DNA of 63,646 bases, taken from contig JAQURC010000008.1 in the NCBI GenBank assembly GCA_028715785.1, positions 1 through 63,646 of the forward strand, given 5' to 3'. Source of the stretch: Candidatus Omnitrophota bacterium. Lineage in GTDB: Bacteria > Omnitrophota > Gorgyraeia > Gygaellales > Profunditerraquicolaceae. Made by a program: the position numbers and the translations under genes. The stretch's first letter is position 1. Each line of letters begins with the position of its first letter. This document shows, in pieces, positions 1 through 7,315 of this stretch. The notes beneath the pieces are model-generated. The model searched no databases, had not been told where the DNA came from, and was given only the letters and a program-made list of their open reading frames with translations.

Positions 1-137
1 GTAAATTCAAATATCCGGTTGATAAGTTTAACCGTTATTTTTGTACCGGCTGCGGAAGGTGCACGCGGACCTGTATGGCGGATATCAGCCTGATTGAAAC
101 TGTAAATTCCCTGCTTAGTGAAGAGGGATTGGAATAA
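1..137 (+). CDS. 3' end of sulfhydrogenase-type [NiFe] hydrogenase beta subunit (4Fe-4S protein), truncated by window edge
   Basis: Frame 3 is open from the window edge to TAA at 135-137. The tail KFKYPVDKFNRYFCTGCGRCTRTCMADISL carries a CxxCxxCxxxC ferredoxin motif. It lies directly upstream of the gamma, delta and alpha genes, matching the beta-gamma-delta-alpha order of Pyrococcus sulfhydrogenase. Confidence 0.6.
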   Translation, partial: KFKYPVDKFNRYFCTGCGRCTRTCMADISLIETVNSLLSEEGLE

Positions 138-145
138 TTGGAAAT

Positions 146-195
146 ACACCCCGCGCTTATAAGGTATTGCGCGGGTGTGCCCTTGTGGGCAAGGA
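146..195 (+). repeat. short palindromic repeat, family D, copy 1 (two hairpins plus SD)
   Basis: Sequence ACACCCCGCGCTTATAAGGTATTGCGCGGGTGTGCCCTTGTGGGCAAGGAG. It is near-identical to 36917-36970, and its first hairpin matches 30980-31012. Confidence 0.9.
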
Positions 196-201
196 GATTA
201 T

Positions 202-1068
202 ATGCTTGAACGTGAGATACTTTTGGAAAAAATGAGGACTACTCCTTATCTGCCGATGAAGGCTAAGATCCTCGAAGCGCAGATGGTTACGGATAAAGAA
301 AAATTCTTCCGTATCCAGCTGGAAAATAAAATTAATCTTGGGCATGTTCCGGGGCAATTTGTGATGGTTTCTATTTTCGGTTTTGGAGAAGCCCCGATTT
401 CGGTCTGTTCATCGCCAAGCGATAAAGGTTATTTTGAGCTTACCGTCAGAAACGTCGGTGTCTTTACCGCTAAGCTGCATAAATTGGGCAAAGGGGACCA
501 ACTAGGGATCCGCGGGCCTTTCGGCAAAGGATTTCCCGTGGATAATATGTTCGGTTACGACGTGATGATTGTCGCCGGAGGATTAGGCATCGTCCCGCTG
601 CGTTCTTTGATCAGGTATATTATGCATAACCGTAATGATTTCGGCAATGTGCAGATCCTGCTTGGCTGCAGGAGCCCCAAAGAACTGTTATTTGAAGAGG
701 AAACCAAGGAATGGATGAGAAGGGCGGAGATTAAATTTAATTGTACCGTTGACCGGGCAGATCCGGATTGGAAGGGTAATGTCGGCCTGATTACTACCTT
801 AATTCCCGGAGTAGACATTAATCCTACCCGCACCTACGGGGTTGTGGTCGGCCCGCCGATTATGTATAAGTTTGTTATCGTCAAATTGCTGGAGAAAAAA
901 ATACCCGACCACCAGATCATTGTTTCTTTGGAAAGGCGGATGCGCTGCGGTTTGGGCAAATGCGGGCACTGTCAGATTGAAGGCGTTTATGTCTGCCAGT
1001 CGGGCCCGGTATTCACTTATAATGATTTAAAAAAATTTAAAGGAGAGTGTCATGAAAAAGCAGTCTAA
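202..1068 (+). CDS. sulfhydrogenase-type hydrogenase gamma subunit (FAD/NAD(P)-binding, 2Fe-2S; PyrK/AsrB-like)
   Basis: Motifs GQFVMVS, RGPFGKGF and AGGLGIVP, plus C-terminal RCGLGKCGHCQ. I moved the start to ATG 202 (MLEREIL), which lies behind AGGAG at 192-196, instead of the track's GTG 175, which lies inside a repeat element. Confidence 0.85.
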   Translation: MLEREILLEKMRTTPYLPMKAKILEAQMVTDKEKFFRIQLENKINLGHVPGQFVMVSIFGFGEAPISVCSSPSDKGYFELTVRNVGVFTAKLHKLGKGDQLGIRGPFGKGFPVDNMFGYDVMIVAGGLGIVPLRSLIRYIMHNRNDFGNVQILLGCRSPKELLFEEETKEWMRRAEIKFNCTVDRADPDWKGNVGLITTLIPGVDINPTRTYGVVVGPPIMYKFVIVKLLEKKIPDHQIIVSLERRMRCGLGKCGHCQIEGVYVCQSGPVFTYNDLKKFKGECHEKAV

Positions 1069-1816
1069 GCCCAAGGTGGCATTTTTTGATTTTACGGATT
1101 GTGAGGGCTGCCAGCTTCAGTTTGCCAATATGGGTAATACTTTTCTTGAATTGACCGAGCTTGTTGATATCGTCAGTTTCCGGGAAGTTATGTCGGAAAG
1201 CGGCCAGGATTATGATGTTGCTATTGTCGAAGGAAGTATTACTACCGATAATGATGTTGCGCGGATTAAGAAGATCAGGGAGAAGGCAAAGATTTTAGTG
1301 GCTTTCGGTTCCTGCGCGACTATCGGCGGAGTAAACGGAATCAAGAACCGCTCATCCCTGGAGCTGGCCAAACAAAGAGTTTATGGCGATAAGGCAGGGT
1401 TGATCAATACGATTAAGACTATGCCGCTGGACGCGGTAGTGAAAGTGGATTATTATATCCTTAATTGCCCGCCTTATATCCCGGAGATTATCGCGGTCCT
1501 CAAGGCAATCCTTTTGGGTAAGCCTTATCCTCTGCCCAATTATCCTGTTTGCGTGGAATGTAAAATGAATGAAAATGTCTGCCGTTATGAAAAGGATCAG
1601 GAGTGTATGGGCCCGGTTACCCGCGCCGGATGCAACTCTTGGTGCGTTAATAACGGAAACCGCTGCTACGGCTGCCGCGGATTGGTCGACAAACCCGCAA
1701 GCGACGCGGCCAAAGATATTTTGCAAAAATACGGGCTAAAAGTCGAAGATATCCTGAATAGTTTTACTTTATATAATGATTCTATGGGGGAGAAATATGA
1801 CCAAGAGTTCAAGTAA
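1052..1816 (+). CDS. [NiFe] hydrogenase small (delta) subunit, group 3 type
   Basis: Contains FFDFTDCEGCQ and GSCATIGG, with a Cys-rich C-terminus (CVECK...CMGPVTRAGCNSWC...CYGCRG). AGGAGAG lies before the ATG. Confidence 0.85.
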   Translation: MKKQSKPKVAFFDFTDCEGCQLQFANMGNTFLELTELVDIVSFREVMSESGQDYDVAIVEGSITTDNDVARIKKIREKAKILVAFGSCATIGGVNGIKNRSSLELAKQRVYGDKAGLINTIKTMPLDAVVKVDYYILNCPPYIPEIIAVLKAILLGKPYPLPNYPVCVECKMNENVCRYEKDQECMGPVTRAGCNSWCVNNGNRCYGCRGLVDKPASDAAKDILQKYGLKVEDILNSFTLYNDSMGEKYDQEFK

Positions 1817-3146
1817 AATAGATCCGCAAAACCTGAATGTTGATGTGCATTACCTGACCAGAGTGGAAGGCCATGGTAATATTGTTGTGGACGTAAAAGA
1901 AGGCAAGCTGGCTAAATGCGAGTTCCAGGTAATTGAATCTCCGCGTTTTTTTGAGTCGATGCTTGTCGGCAGGTCGATCTGGGAAGCCCAGCATCTGACC
2001 AGCCGTATCTGCGGCATTTGCGCCTGCGGGCACACTCTGGCCAGCATTAAGGCGGCCGAGGATGCCTTGGGCGTAAAACCATCAGCTGAGGTAGTGATGC
2101 TCCGGAAGCTGCTGCTATACACCGAGATGCTGGACAGCCATATTTTGCATATCTATATTCTGGTTGCTCCGGATTTATTAGGGGTAAAAAGTATTGTTCC
2201 TTTGATCAAAACGCACCGGCCGGTAATTGAGATGGCTTTACGGATGAAGCGGATGAGTGATTATGGCGGAGAGGTGCTTGCCGGCAGGCATATCCATCCG
2301 ATAAGTTATGTTATCGGCGGGCTTACCCAGCTTCCCTCGAGGGAAGGGCTGGAAAAATTGTATAGTCTGATGTTAGAATCGCGCAAGGACGGCGAAGCGA
2401 CGGTAAAGATCATCAAGACCCTTAAATTTCCGCAATTCCAGAGGCCGACCCAGTATATGTCGCTAACCTCGGATAATGAATACGCGATGTATGACGGAGA
2501 TTTAATGGTTAACGGGGAAAAGAGCAAGGTGCGGGATTACCGTAAACTTTTTATGGAGTCCGTGGTTGATTATTCCAAGGCCAAAATTTCCAAGATCAAC
2601 GGCAAATCTTACGCCGTGGGATCCCTGTCGCGCTTTAACAATAATTTCAATAAGCTGCACAAGAAAGCAAAAGCAGTGGCAGCTGAATTAGGCCTAAAGG
2701 CCCCCTGCCATAATCCTTACCTTAATACTGCCGCCCAGCTGGTGGAATGGGTGCATTGCCTGGAAGAATCCATTACTATACTTGAGAAGATTTTAAAAGA
2801 CGGATTAAAGGAGGAGGGAGTGGTGGTTGCCTCCTGGCCAAAGAGAAGCGAAGTTGGCAAGATTAAATATAAACCCAACACCGGAGCAGGATGCGTTGAG
2901 GTGCCCCGTGGTTCTTTATTCCATGAATATACGATCGATGATTCCGCTCATATTACTGCTGCCAACTGTGTGATCCCTACCAATCAAAATATGGGGAATT
3001 TAGAGGATGACATGCGCAAACTTGTCCCGGAGTTGTTGGGTAAGAAAACTCAAGAGGAGATTACCCTTGACCTTGAGATGCTGGCCCGTTCCTATGACCC
3101 CTGCATATCCTGCGCCACGCATTTGCTGGACGTAAGCTTTGTCTAA
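1797..3146 (+). CDS. [NiFe] hydrogenase large (alpha) subunit
   Basis: Has the N-terminal RICGICACGH and C-terminal DPCISCATH Ni-Fe ligand motifs, with a short LLDVSFV tail after the His. The start is placed at ATG 1797, behind GGGGGAG. Confidence 0.95.
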   Translation: MTKSSSKIDPQNLNVDVHYLTRVEGHGNIVVDVKEGKLAKCEFQVIESPRFFESMLVGRSIWEAQHLTSRICGICACGHTLASIKAAEDALGVKPSAEVVMLRKLLLYTEMLDSHILHIYILVAPDLLGVKSIVPLIKTHRPVIEMALRMKRMSDYGGEVLAGRHIHPISYVIGGLTQLPSREGLEKLYSLMLESRKDGEATVKIIKTLKFPQFQRPTQYMSLTSDNEYAMYDGDLMVNGEKSKVRDYRKLFMESVVDYSKAKISKINGKSYAVGSLSRFNNNFNKLHKKAKAVAAELGLKAPCHNPYLNTAAQLVEWVHCLEESITILEKILKDGLKEEGVVVASWPKRSEVGKIKYKPNTGAGCVEVPRGSLFHEYTIDDSAHITAANCVIPTNQNMGNLEDDMRKLVPELLGKKTQEEITLDLEMLARSYDPCISCATHLLDVSFV

Positions 3147-3603
3147 AAAAATCGCGGTAATCGGCTTAGGCAACAGTTTAAGGAGAGATGACGGAATAGG
3201 GGTAATTATTCTGGGGTCCCTCCTTAATCATTATCGGCGCCCGGGCATAGATTATCTTGATTTTGGCATCGCCAGTTTTGATTTAATCCACCGCCTGCAG
3301 GACTACGGCATGGTTTTGCTTATCGACGGTATCAACGCAAAATTACCGGCAGGGGAACTAAAGATATTTGGTTTAGAGCAAGCCTCTTTTACAAATAAAG
3401 ATACGGCGGTTTCATCCCATGAATTAAATCTTAAGGATATTTTCCGGTTGACGCGTGATTTGGAGATTGCCACCAAAATTTATGTTGCCGGCGTCCAGGT
3501 GGCTGATGTGGGTTTCGGCGAGTCTTTAAGCGCCGCGTTACAAGAAAAGCTGCAAGAGTTGACCGAAGGAGTCGATAAATTTATCCAAGAAAGGCTGCTT
3601 TAA
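3139..3603 (+). CDS. hydrogenase maturation endopeptidase (HycI/HoxW/FrhD family)
   Basis: Begins IAVIGLGNSLRRDDGIG and is 154 aa long. Its TTG start overlaps the large subunit stop codon. Confidence 0.85.
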   Translation: MSKKIAVIGLGNSLRRDDGIGVIILGSLLNHYRRPGIDYLDFGIASFDLIHRLQDYGMVLLIDGINAKLPAGELKIFGLEQASFTNKDTAVSSHELNLKDIFRLTRDLEIATKIYVAGVQVADVGFGESLSAALQEKLQELTEGVDKFIQERLL

Positions 3604-3609
3604 TTTAAA

Positions 3610-4911
3610 ATGTGTTATGCCATACCGGGAAAAGTAGAAAAAATAGAGAATAACACGGTCACCGTGGATTATTTCGGCGAGAAAAGGAAAGCCCATAATG
3701 AGCTCTCCAGAATCGCTATCGGCGATTATATCTACGCGCAGGGCGGGTTTGTGGTCAGCAAGATTTCTCCCTCTGAGGCCCAAACCATTCTCTCTGTGTG
3801 GAAAGAAACATTTTTCCAATTGCAGGAGGTGGATTTAAAGCTTTCCCGCCTGCAGCTTAACGATAAAAATACGGATAAGAAATTATTTGGAATATTGGAT
3901 AAGGCCAGCCAGTCAAGAGAGCTCAGCCGCCAGGAGTTGCTGAGCCTGCTGGAGTTAAAAGATAAGCCTAAGATAGAGTTATTTTTTAAAACAGCAAATT
4001 TCCTGCGCCAGAAATACCATAAAAATTCCTGCTGTGTCCACGGGATAATCGAGATATCCAATTATTGTTGCCGGGGCTGCCAGTATTGCGGGATATCTTA
4101 TCATAATAAAAAGTTAAAGCGCTATCGTATGGCTAAAGATGAGATTTTACAGGCGGCCAAAGAGGCGGTTGAGGTTTATGGATTTAAATCTTTGGTTTTG
4201 CAAAGCGGAGAGGATCCCGGATACAGCATTGAGGAGTTAACGGATATCGTTAAGCAGATTAAGGAGAAATTCCCCGCGCTGATTTTTATAAGTTTTGGCG
4301 AGATCGGGGTGGAGGGTTTAGAAAAACTTTATCAGGCAGGAGCCCGCGGCCTGCTGATGCGTTTTGAAACTTCTAATCCTCAACTTTATCAGAAAGTACA
4401 TCCGGAGATGAGTTTAGAGAACCGGCTGCTGCATTTACGCAAGGCCTACGCTATGGGTTATTTAATTCTTACCGGAGGATTGATTGGATTACCCGGGCAG
4501 AGCAGTGAAGATATTTTAAACGACTTGTTTCTGGCTAAAGAATTGCGCGCGGAGATGTATAGTTTCGGCCCTTTTATCCCGCATCCGGCCACGCCTTTCT
4601 CGAATCACAAACCCGTGCCGGCAGAAGAAGTGATTAAGGTCTTGGCCCTGGCCAGAATTATGGGCGACAATAATGCCAAGATCCTGGTAACTAGCGCTCT
4701 GGAAACTTTAAGCAGGGAGGCGGCAAAAAACAGCCTGCTTGCCGGAGCAAATTCGCTGATGCTTAATGTTACTCCGTTATCCTATCGGCCGTTTTACTCT
4801 ATTTATCCGGACAGAGCGCATCAATCCGAGGATATTTCCGCGCAGATTGAATCCACAGTTTCCTTATTGCGTTCTTTAGGCCGGGCACCGACGGATCTGG
4901 AGGCAGTGTAA
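3610..4911 (+). CDS. hydE: HypC/HupF-like domain fused to [FeFe]-hydrogenase radical SAM maturase HydE
   Basis: Residues 1-75 (MCYAIPGKVEKI...GDYIYAQGGFVVSKISPSEAQ) carry the HypC signature. The rest matches HydE: ISNYCCRGCQYCGISYHNKKLKRYRM, VLQSGEDP, RFETSNP, GLPGQ, FGPFIPHP. It is a single uninterrupted ORF. Confidence 0.85.
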   Translation: MCYAIPGKVEKIENNTVTVDYFGEKRKAHNELSRIAIGDYIYAQGGFVVSKISPSEAQTILSVWKETFFQLQEVDLKLSRLQLNDKNTDKKLFGILDKASQSRELSRQELLSLLELKDKPKIELFFKTANFLRQKYHKNSCCVHGIIEISNYCCRGCQYCGISYHNKKLKRYRMAKDEILQAAKEAVEVYGFKSLVLQSGEDPGYSIEELTDIVKQIKEKFPALIFISFGEIGVEGLEKLYQAGARGLLMRFETSNPQLYQKVHPEMSLENRLLHLRKAYAMGYLILTGGLIGLPGQSSEDILNDLFLAKELRAEMYSFGPFIPHPATPFSNHKPVPAEEVIKVLALARIMGDNNAKILVTSALETLSREAAKNSLLAGANSLMLNVTPLSYRPFYSIYPDRAHQSEDISAQIESTVSLLRSLGRAPTDLEAV

Positions 4912-5001
4912 CAGTTCAGCTCTCAGAAGAGCCCCGTCGTAGGGCAGGTTTAAACCTGCCCTACAGTCCCGTCGAAGCACTTTCAAGGGCTGAACTGTTA
5001 C
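4908..5001 (+). repeat. family C palindromic element (outer 13-bp stem, inner GTAG...CTAC 26-mer), complete copy
   Basis: The outer arms GTAACAGTTCAGC and GCTGAACTGTTAC are perfect complements. The inner palindrome GTAGGGCAGGTTTAAACCTGCCCTAC lies at 4939-4964. The element overlaps the hydE stop codon. Confidence 0.9.
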
Positions 5002-5017
5002 CAGGCAGTTTAATTTT

Positions 5018-6406
5018 ATGAAATACATTAACGCAGAAAAAATAAATAATTTATTATCCAAGGCCGTAAACACTGACCAGCGCGCTCTGGATGCTATCTT
5101 GAAAAAGAGCCGGGCGCTTAAGCGGCTTACTTTGGCTGAGTCCGCGGCTTTACTGGCGGTCAATGATCCTGAATCTATTCAGAAGATATTCAGCGCGGCT
5201 AATTCAGTTAAGGAAGAGATTTATGGCAGGAGAATAGTGCTTTTTGCCCCGCTTTATATCAGCAACCTTTGCGCTAATAATTGTTTATATTGCGCGTTTA
5301 AAGCGGATAACCCGTTGATTAAGCGTAAAGCCCTGACTGTGCCTGAGATTAACCATCAGGTAGAGTGGCTCCTGGGGCGCGGCCACAAGAGGATACTGAT
5401 GGTCTGCGGAGAAGGTGCCCCGGAGGCTAAATCCAATATAGATTATTACCTCCAGGCAGTTGAGGCTATTTACGCGGCAGGAGTTGGCAAGCATAAAATA
5501 AAAAGAGTTAATGTTAATTGCGCGCCGCTTGCTGCCAGCGAATTTAAGCGGCTTAAGGAGAGCGGGATTGGAACTTATCAGGTTTTTCAGGAAACTTACC
5601 ATGAAGAAACTTACCGCCGCATGCATCCTAAAGGGCCAAAAAGCGATCCGGATAATCGGATTGACGCGGTTGACCGCGCGTTTACCGCGGGGATAGATGA
5701 TATCGGGATCGGGGTCCTTTACGGCCTATATGATTACCGCTTTGAAACTTTAGGCCTGCTTTCCCATATCGAACATATGGAAGAGAAATTTAAGGTCGGG
5801 CCGCACACTATTTCGGTGCCGCGCATTGAGCCGGCAGAAGGGGCGCAATTATCTTTTAACCCTCCCAGCAAAATTTCTGATGAGGAGTTTAAGAAGGTGG
5901 TGGCGGTTTTAAGGCTTTCGGTGCCCTATACCGGGATAATTATGTCTACGCGGGAAGACCCGCTGCTGCGCGATACGCTTCTGAGCCTGGGTGTTTCTCA
6001 GATTAGCGCCGAATCTTCTACCTCACCCGGAGGTTATTCCGCCAGCGCCGAAGAACAGGCAGGCGGCCAATTTTCTCTCGGCGACCACCGCAGTTTGGAT
6101 GAAATAGTCGGGACTTTAATTGCCCATGATTATATTCCCAGTTTTTGCGCCGCTTGTTACCGGATGAACCGGACCGGTGAAAGTTTTATGCAGCTGGCTA
6201 AGCCCGGAACGATTAAGGGCAAATGCAAGATGAATGCTTTGATTACCTTAAAGGAATATCTTGATGATTTTGCTTCCGTATCGGTCAGGGATGCCGGCTC
6301 TAAAATGATCACGCGCTATTTAAAACAACTGGATCCGCCTGAACAAGCTAAACTGAGAGAATTTTTTAACCATGTCGAAAAAGGGCTAAGGGATGAATAT
6401 GTCTGA
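5018..6406 (+). CDS. hydG: [FeFe]-hydrogenase radical SAM maturase HydG (ThiH-like tyrosine lyase)
   Basis: Has the CANNCLYC radical SAM motif and the C-terminal CAAC-x22-C (CxxCx22C) motif that separates HydG from ThiH. Confidence 0.9.
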   Translation: MKYINAEKINNLLSKAVNTDQRALDAILKKSRALKRLTLAESAALLAVNDPESIQKIFSAANSVKEEIYGRRIVLFAPLYISNLCANNCLYCAFKADNPLIKRKALTVPEINHQVEWLLGRGHKRILMVCGEGAPEAKSNIDYYLQAVEAIYAAGVGKHKIKRVNVNCAPLAASEFKRLKESGIGTYQVFQETYHEETYRRMHPKGPKSDPDNRIDAVDRAFTAGIDDIGIGVLYGLYDYRFETLGLLSHIEHMEEKFKVGPHTISVPRIEPAEGAQLSFNPPSKISDEEFKKVVAVLRLSVPYTGIIMSTREDPLLRDTLLSLGVSQISAESSTSPGGYSASAEEQAGGQFSLGDHRSLDEIVGTLIAHDYIPSFCAACYRMNRTGESFMQLAKPGTIKGKCKMNALITLKEYLDDFASVSVRDAGSKMITRYLKQLDPPEQAKLREFFNHVEKGLRDEYV

Positions 6407-7265
6407 TTTGAGTAAAGCCGGTAAAATAATAGCTAAAGAAATTATTGCGGATTATGCCGGAGTAAGGATTGTCAAGTTGACAGTCAGCGCCCCGGAGATT
6501 AGCCGCAAGGCCAAGGCAGGGCAATTCGTCGTCGTTATGGCAAGTGAAAAAGGAGAGCGGATACCGCTTACGATTGTTGAGGCAGATAGTAAAGCCCAGA
6601 CCATTACGCTTATCTTTCAGGAAGCGGGGCTGACCACCAAAATTTTAAGCATGCTTAATGCCGGAGATGATTTATACGCCTTAGCCGGCCCGCTGGGGCA
6701 TGCTAGCGAAATAAAAAATTATGGCAAGGTCATTTTAGTCGGCGGTGGAGTAGGAATTGCCGAAATTTATCCTGTGGCAACCAGCCTAAAGCAGGCAGGC
6801 CTGCCTGCCGGACAGGCAGGGAACAATATTACGGTAGTTATTGGAGCCAAGACTAAAGAATTATTAATACTGGAAAAAGAACTCAGGGATACGGCGGATA
6901 AAATTTATCTGATGACTGACGACGGCTCGCTTGGCCAGAAAGGTTTTACCACCGATGTTTTAGAGGAACTGCTTAAAAAAGATAAGTATGATTTAGTTTA
7001 CGCGGTGGGGCCAATCCCGATGATGAAGAAAGTTTCGCAGATTAGCCAGTCTTTCAATATTAAAACAATTGTTTCATTAAACGCGCTGATGGTTGATGCT
7101 ACCGGGATGTGCGGTTGCTGCCGGGTAACCGTTGCCGGAAAAGTAAAATTCAGCTGCGTCGACGGCCCGGAGTTTGAAGCCGGCCAGGTGGATTGGGAAG
7201 AGCTAGAAAAGAGAAACTTGATGTATTTGGATAAAGAGAAGCATCTTTGTAAGTTGAAGGGATGA
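6393..7265 (+). CDS. nfnA: NfnA/SudB-like ferredoxin-NADP reductase subunit (PyrK-like FAD, 2Fe-2S)
   Basis: Contains AGQFVVV, GPLG and VGGGVGIAE, with C-terminal DATGMCGCCRV. It is paired with a GltD-like gene downstream. Confidence 0.8.
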   Translation: MNMSDLSKAGKIIAKEIIADYAGVRIVKLTVSAPEISRKAKAGQFVVVMASEKGERIPLTIVEADSKAQTITLIFQEAGLTTKILSMLNAGDDLYALAGPLGHASEIKNYGKVILVGGGVGIAEIYPVATSLKQAGLPAGQAGNNITVVIGAKTKELLILEKELRDTADKIYLMTDDGSLGQKGFTTDVLEELLKKDKYDLVYAVGPIPMMKKVSQISQSFNIKTIVSLNALMVDATGMCGCCRVTVAGKVKFSCVDGPEFEAGQVDWEELEKRNLMYLDKEKHLCKLKG

Positions 7266-7276
7266 TTTTATTTTTC

Positions 7277-7312
7277 GTAGGTGACGTTTAAACGTCACCT
7301 ACGTTGTGGATA
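7277..7312 (-). repeat. variant or partial copy of the GTAG-GTTTAAAC-CTAC element (REP-1)
   Basis: GTAGGTGACGTTTAAACGTCACCTAC plus GTTGTGGATAA. It differs from the other copies by a paired C-to-G / G-to-C change that keeps the palindrome perfect. Confidence 0.8.
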
Positions 7313-7315
7313 ACT

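Noticed and set aside
175-201. The track's GTG start at 175 for the hydrogenase gamma subunit, and likewise 22248 for the M48 peptidase, 35721 for metK, 57199 for porC and 54711 for the TlpA-like gene.
   Set aside because: These upstream extensions run through a repeat element or through the preceding gene. Internal in-frame starts with good SDs (202, 22350, 35745, 57235, 54798) give N-termini that match the families.
5018-6406. The radical SAM gene as ThiH (thiamine biosynthesis) rather than HydG.
   Set aside because: The C-terminal CxxCx22C extension is present, and it is adjacent to HydE. ThiH lacks that motif and is normally found with thiG and thiS.
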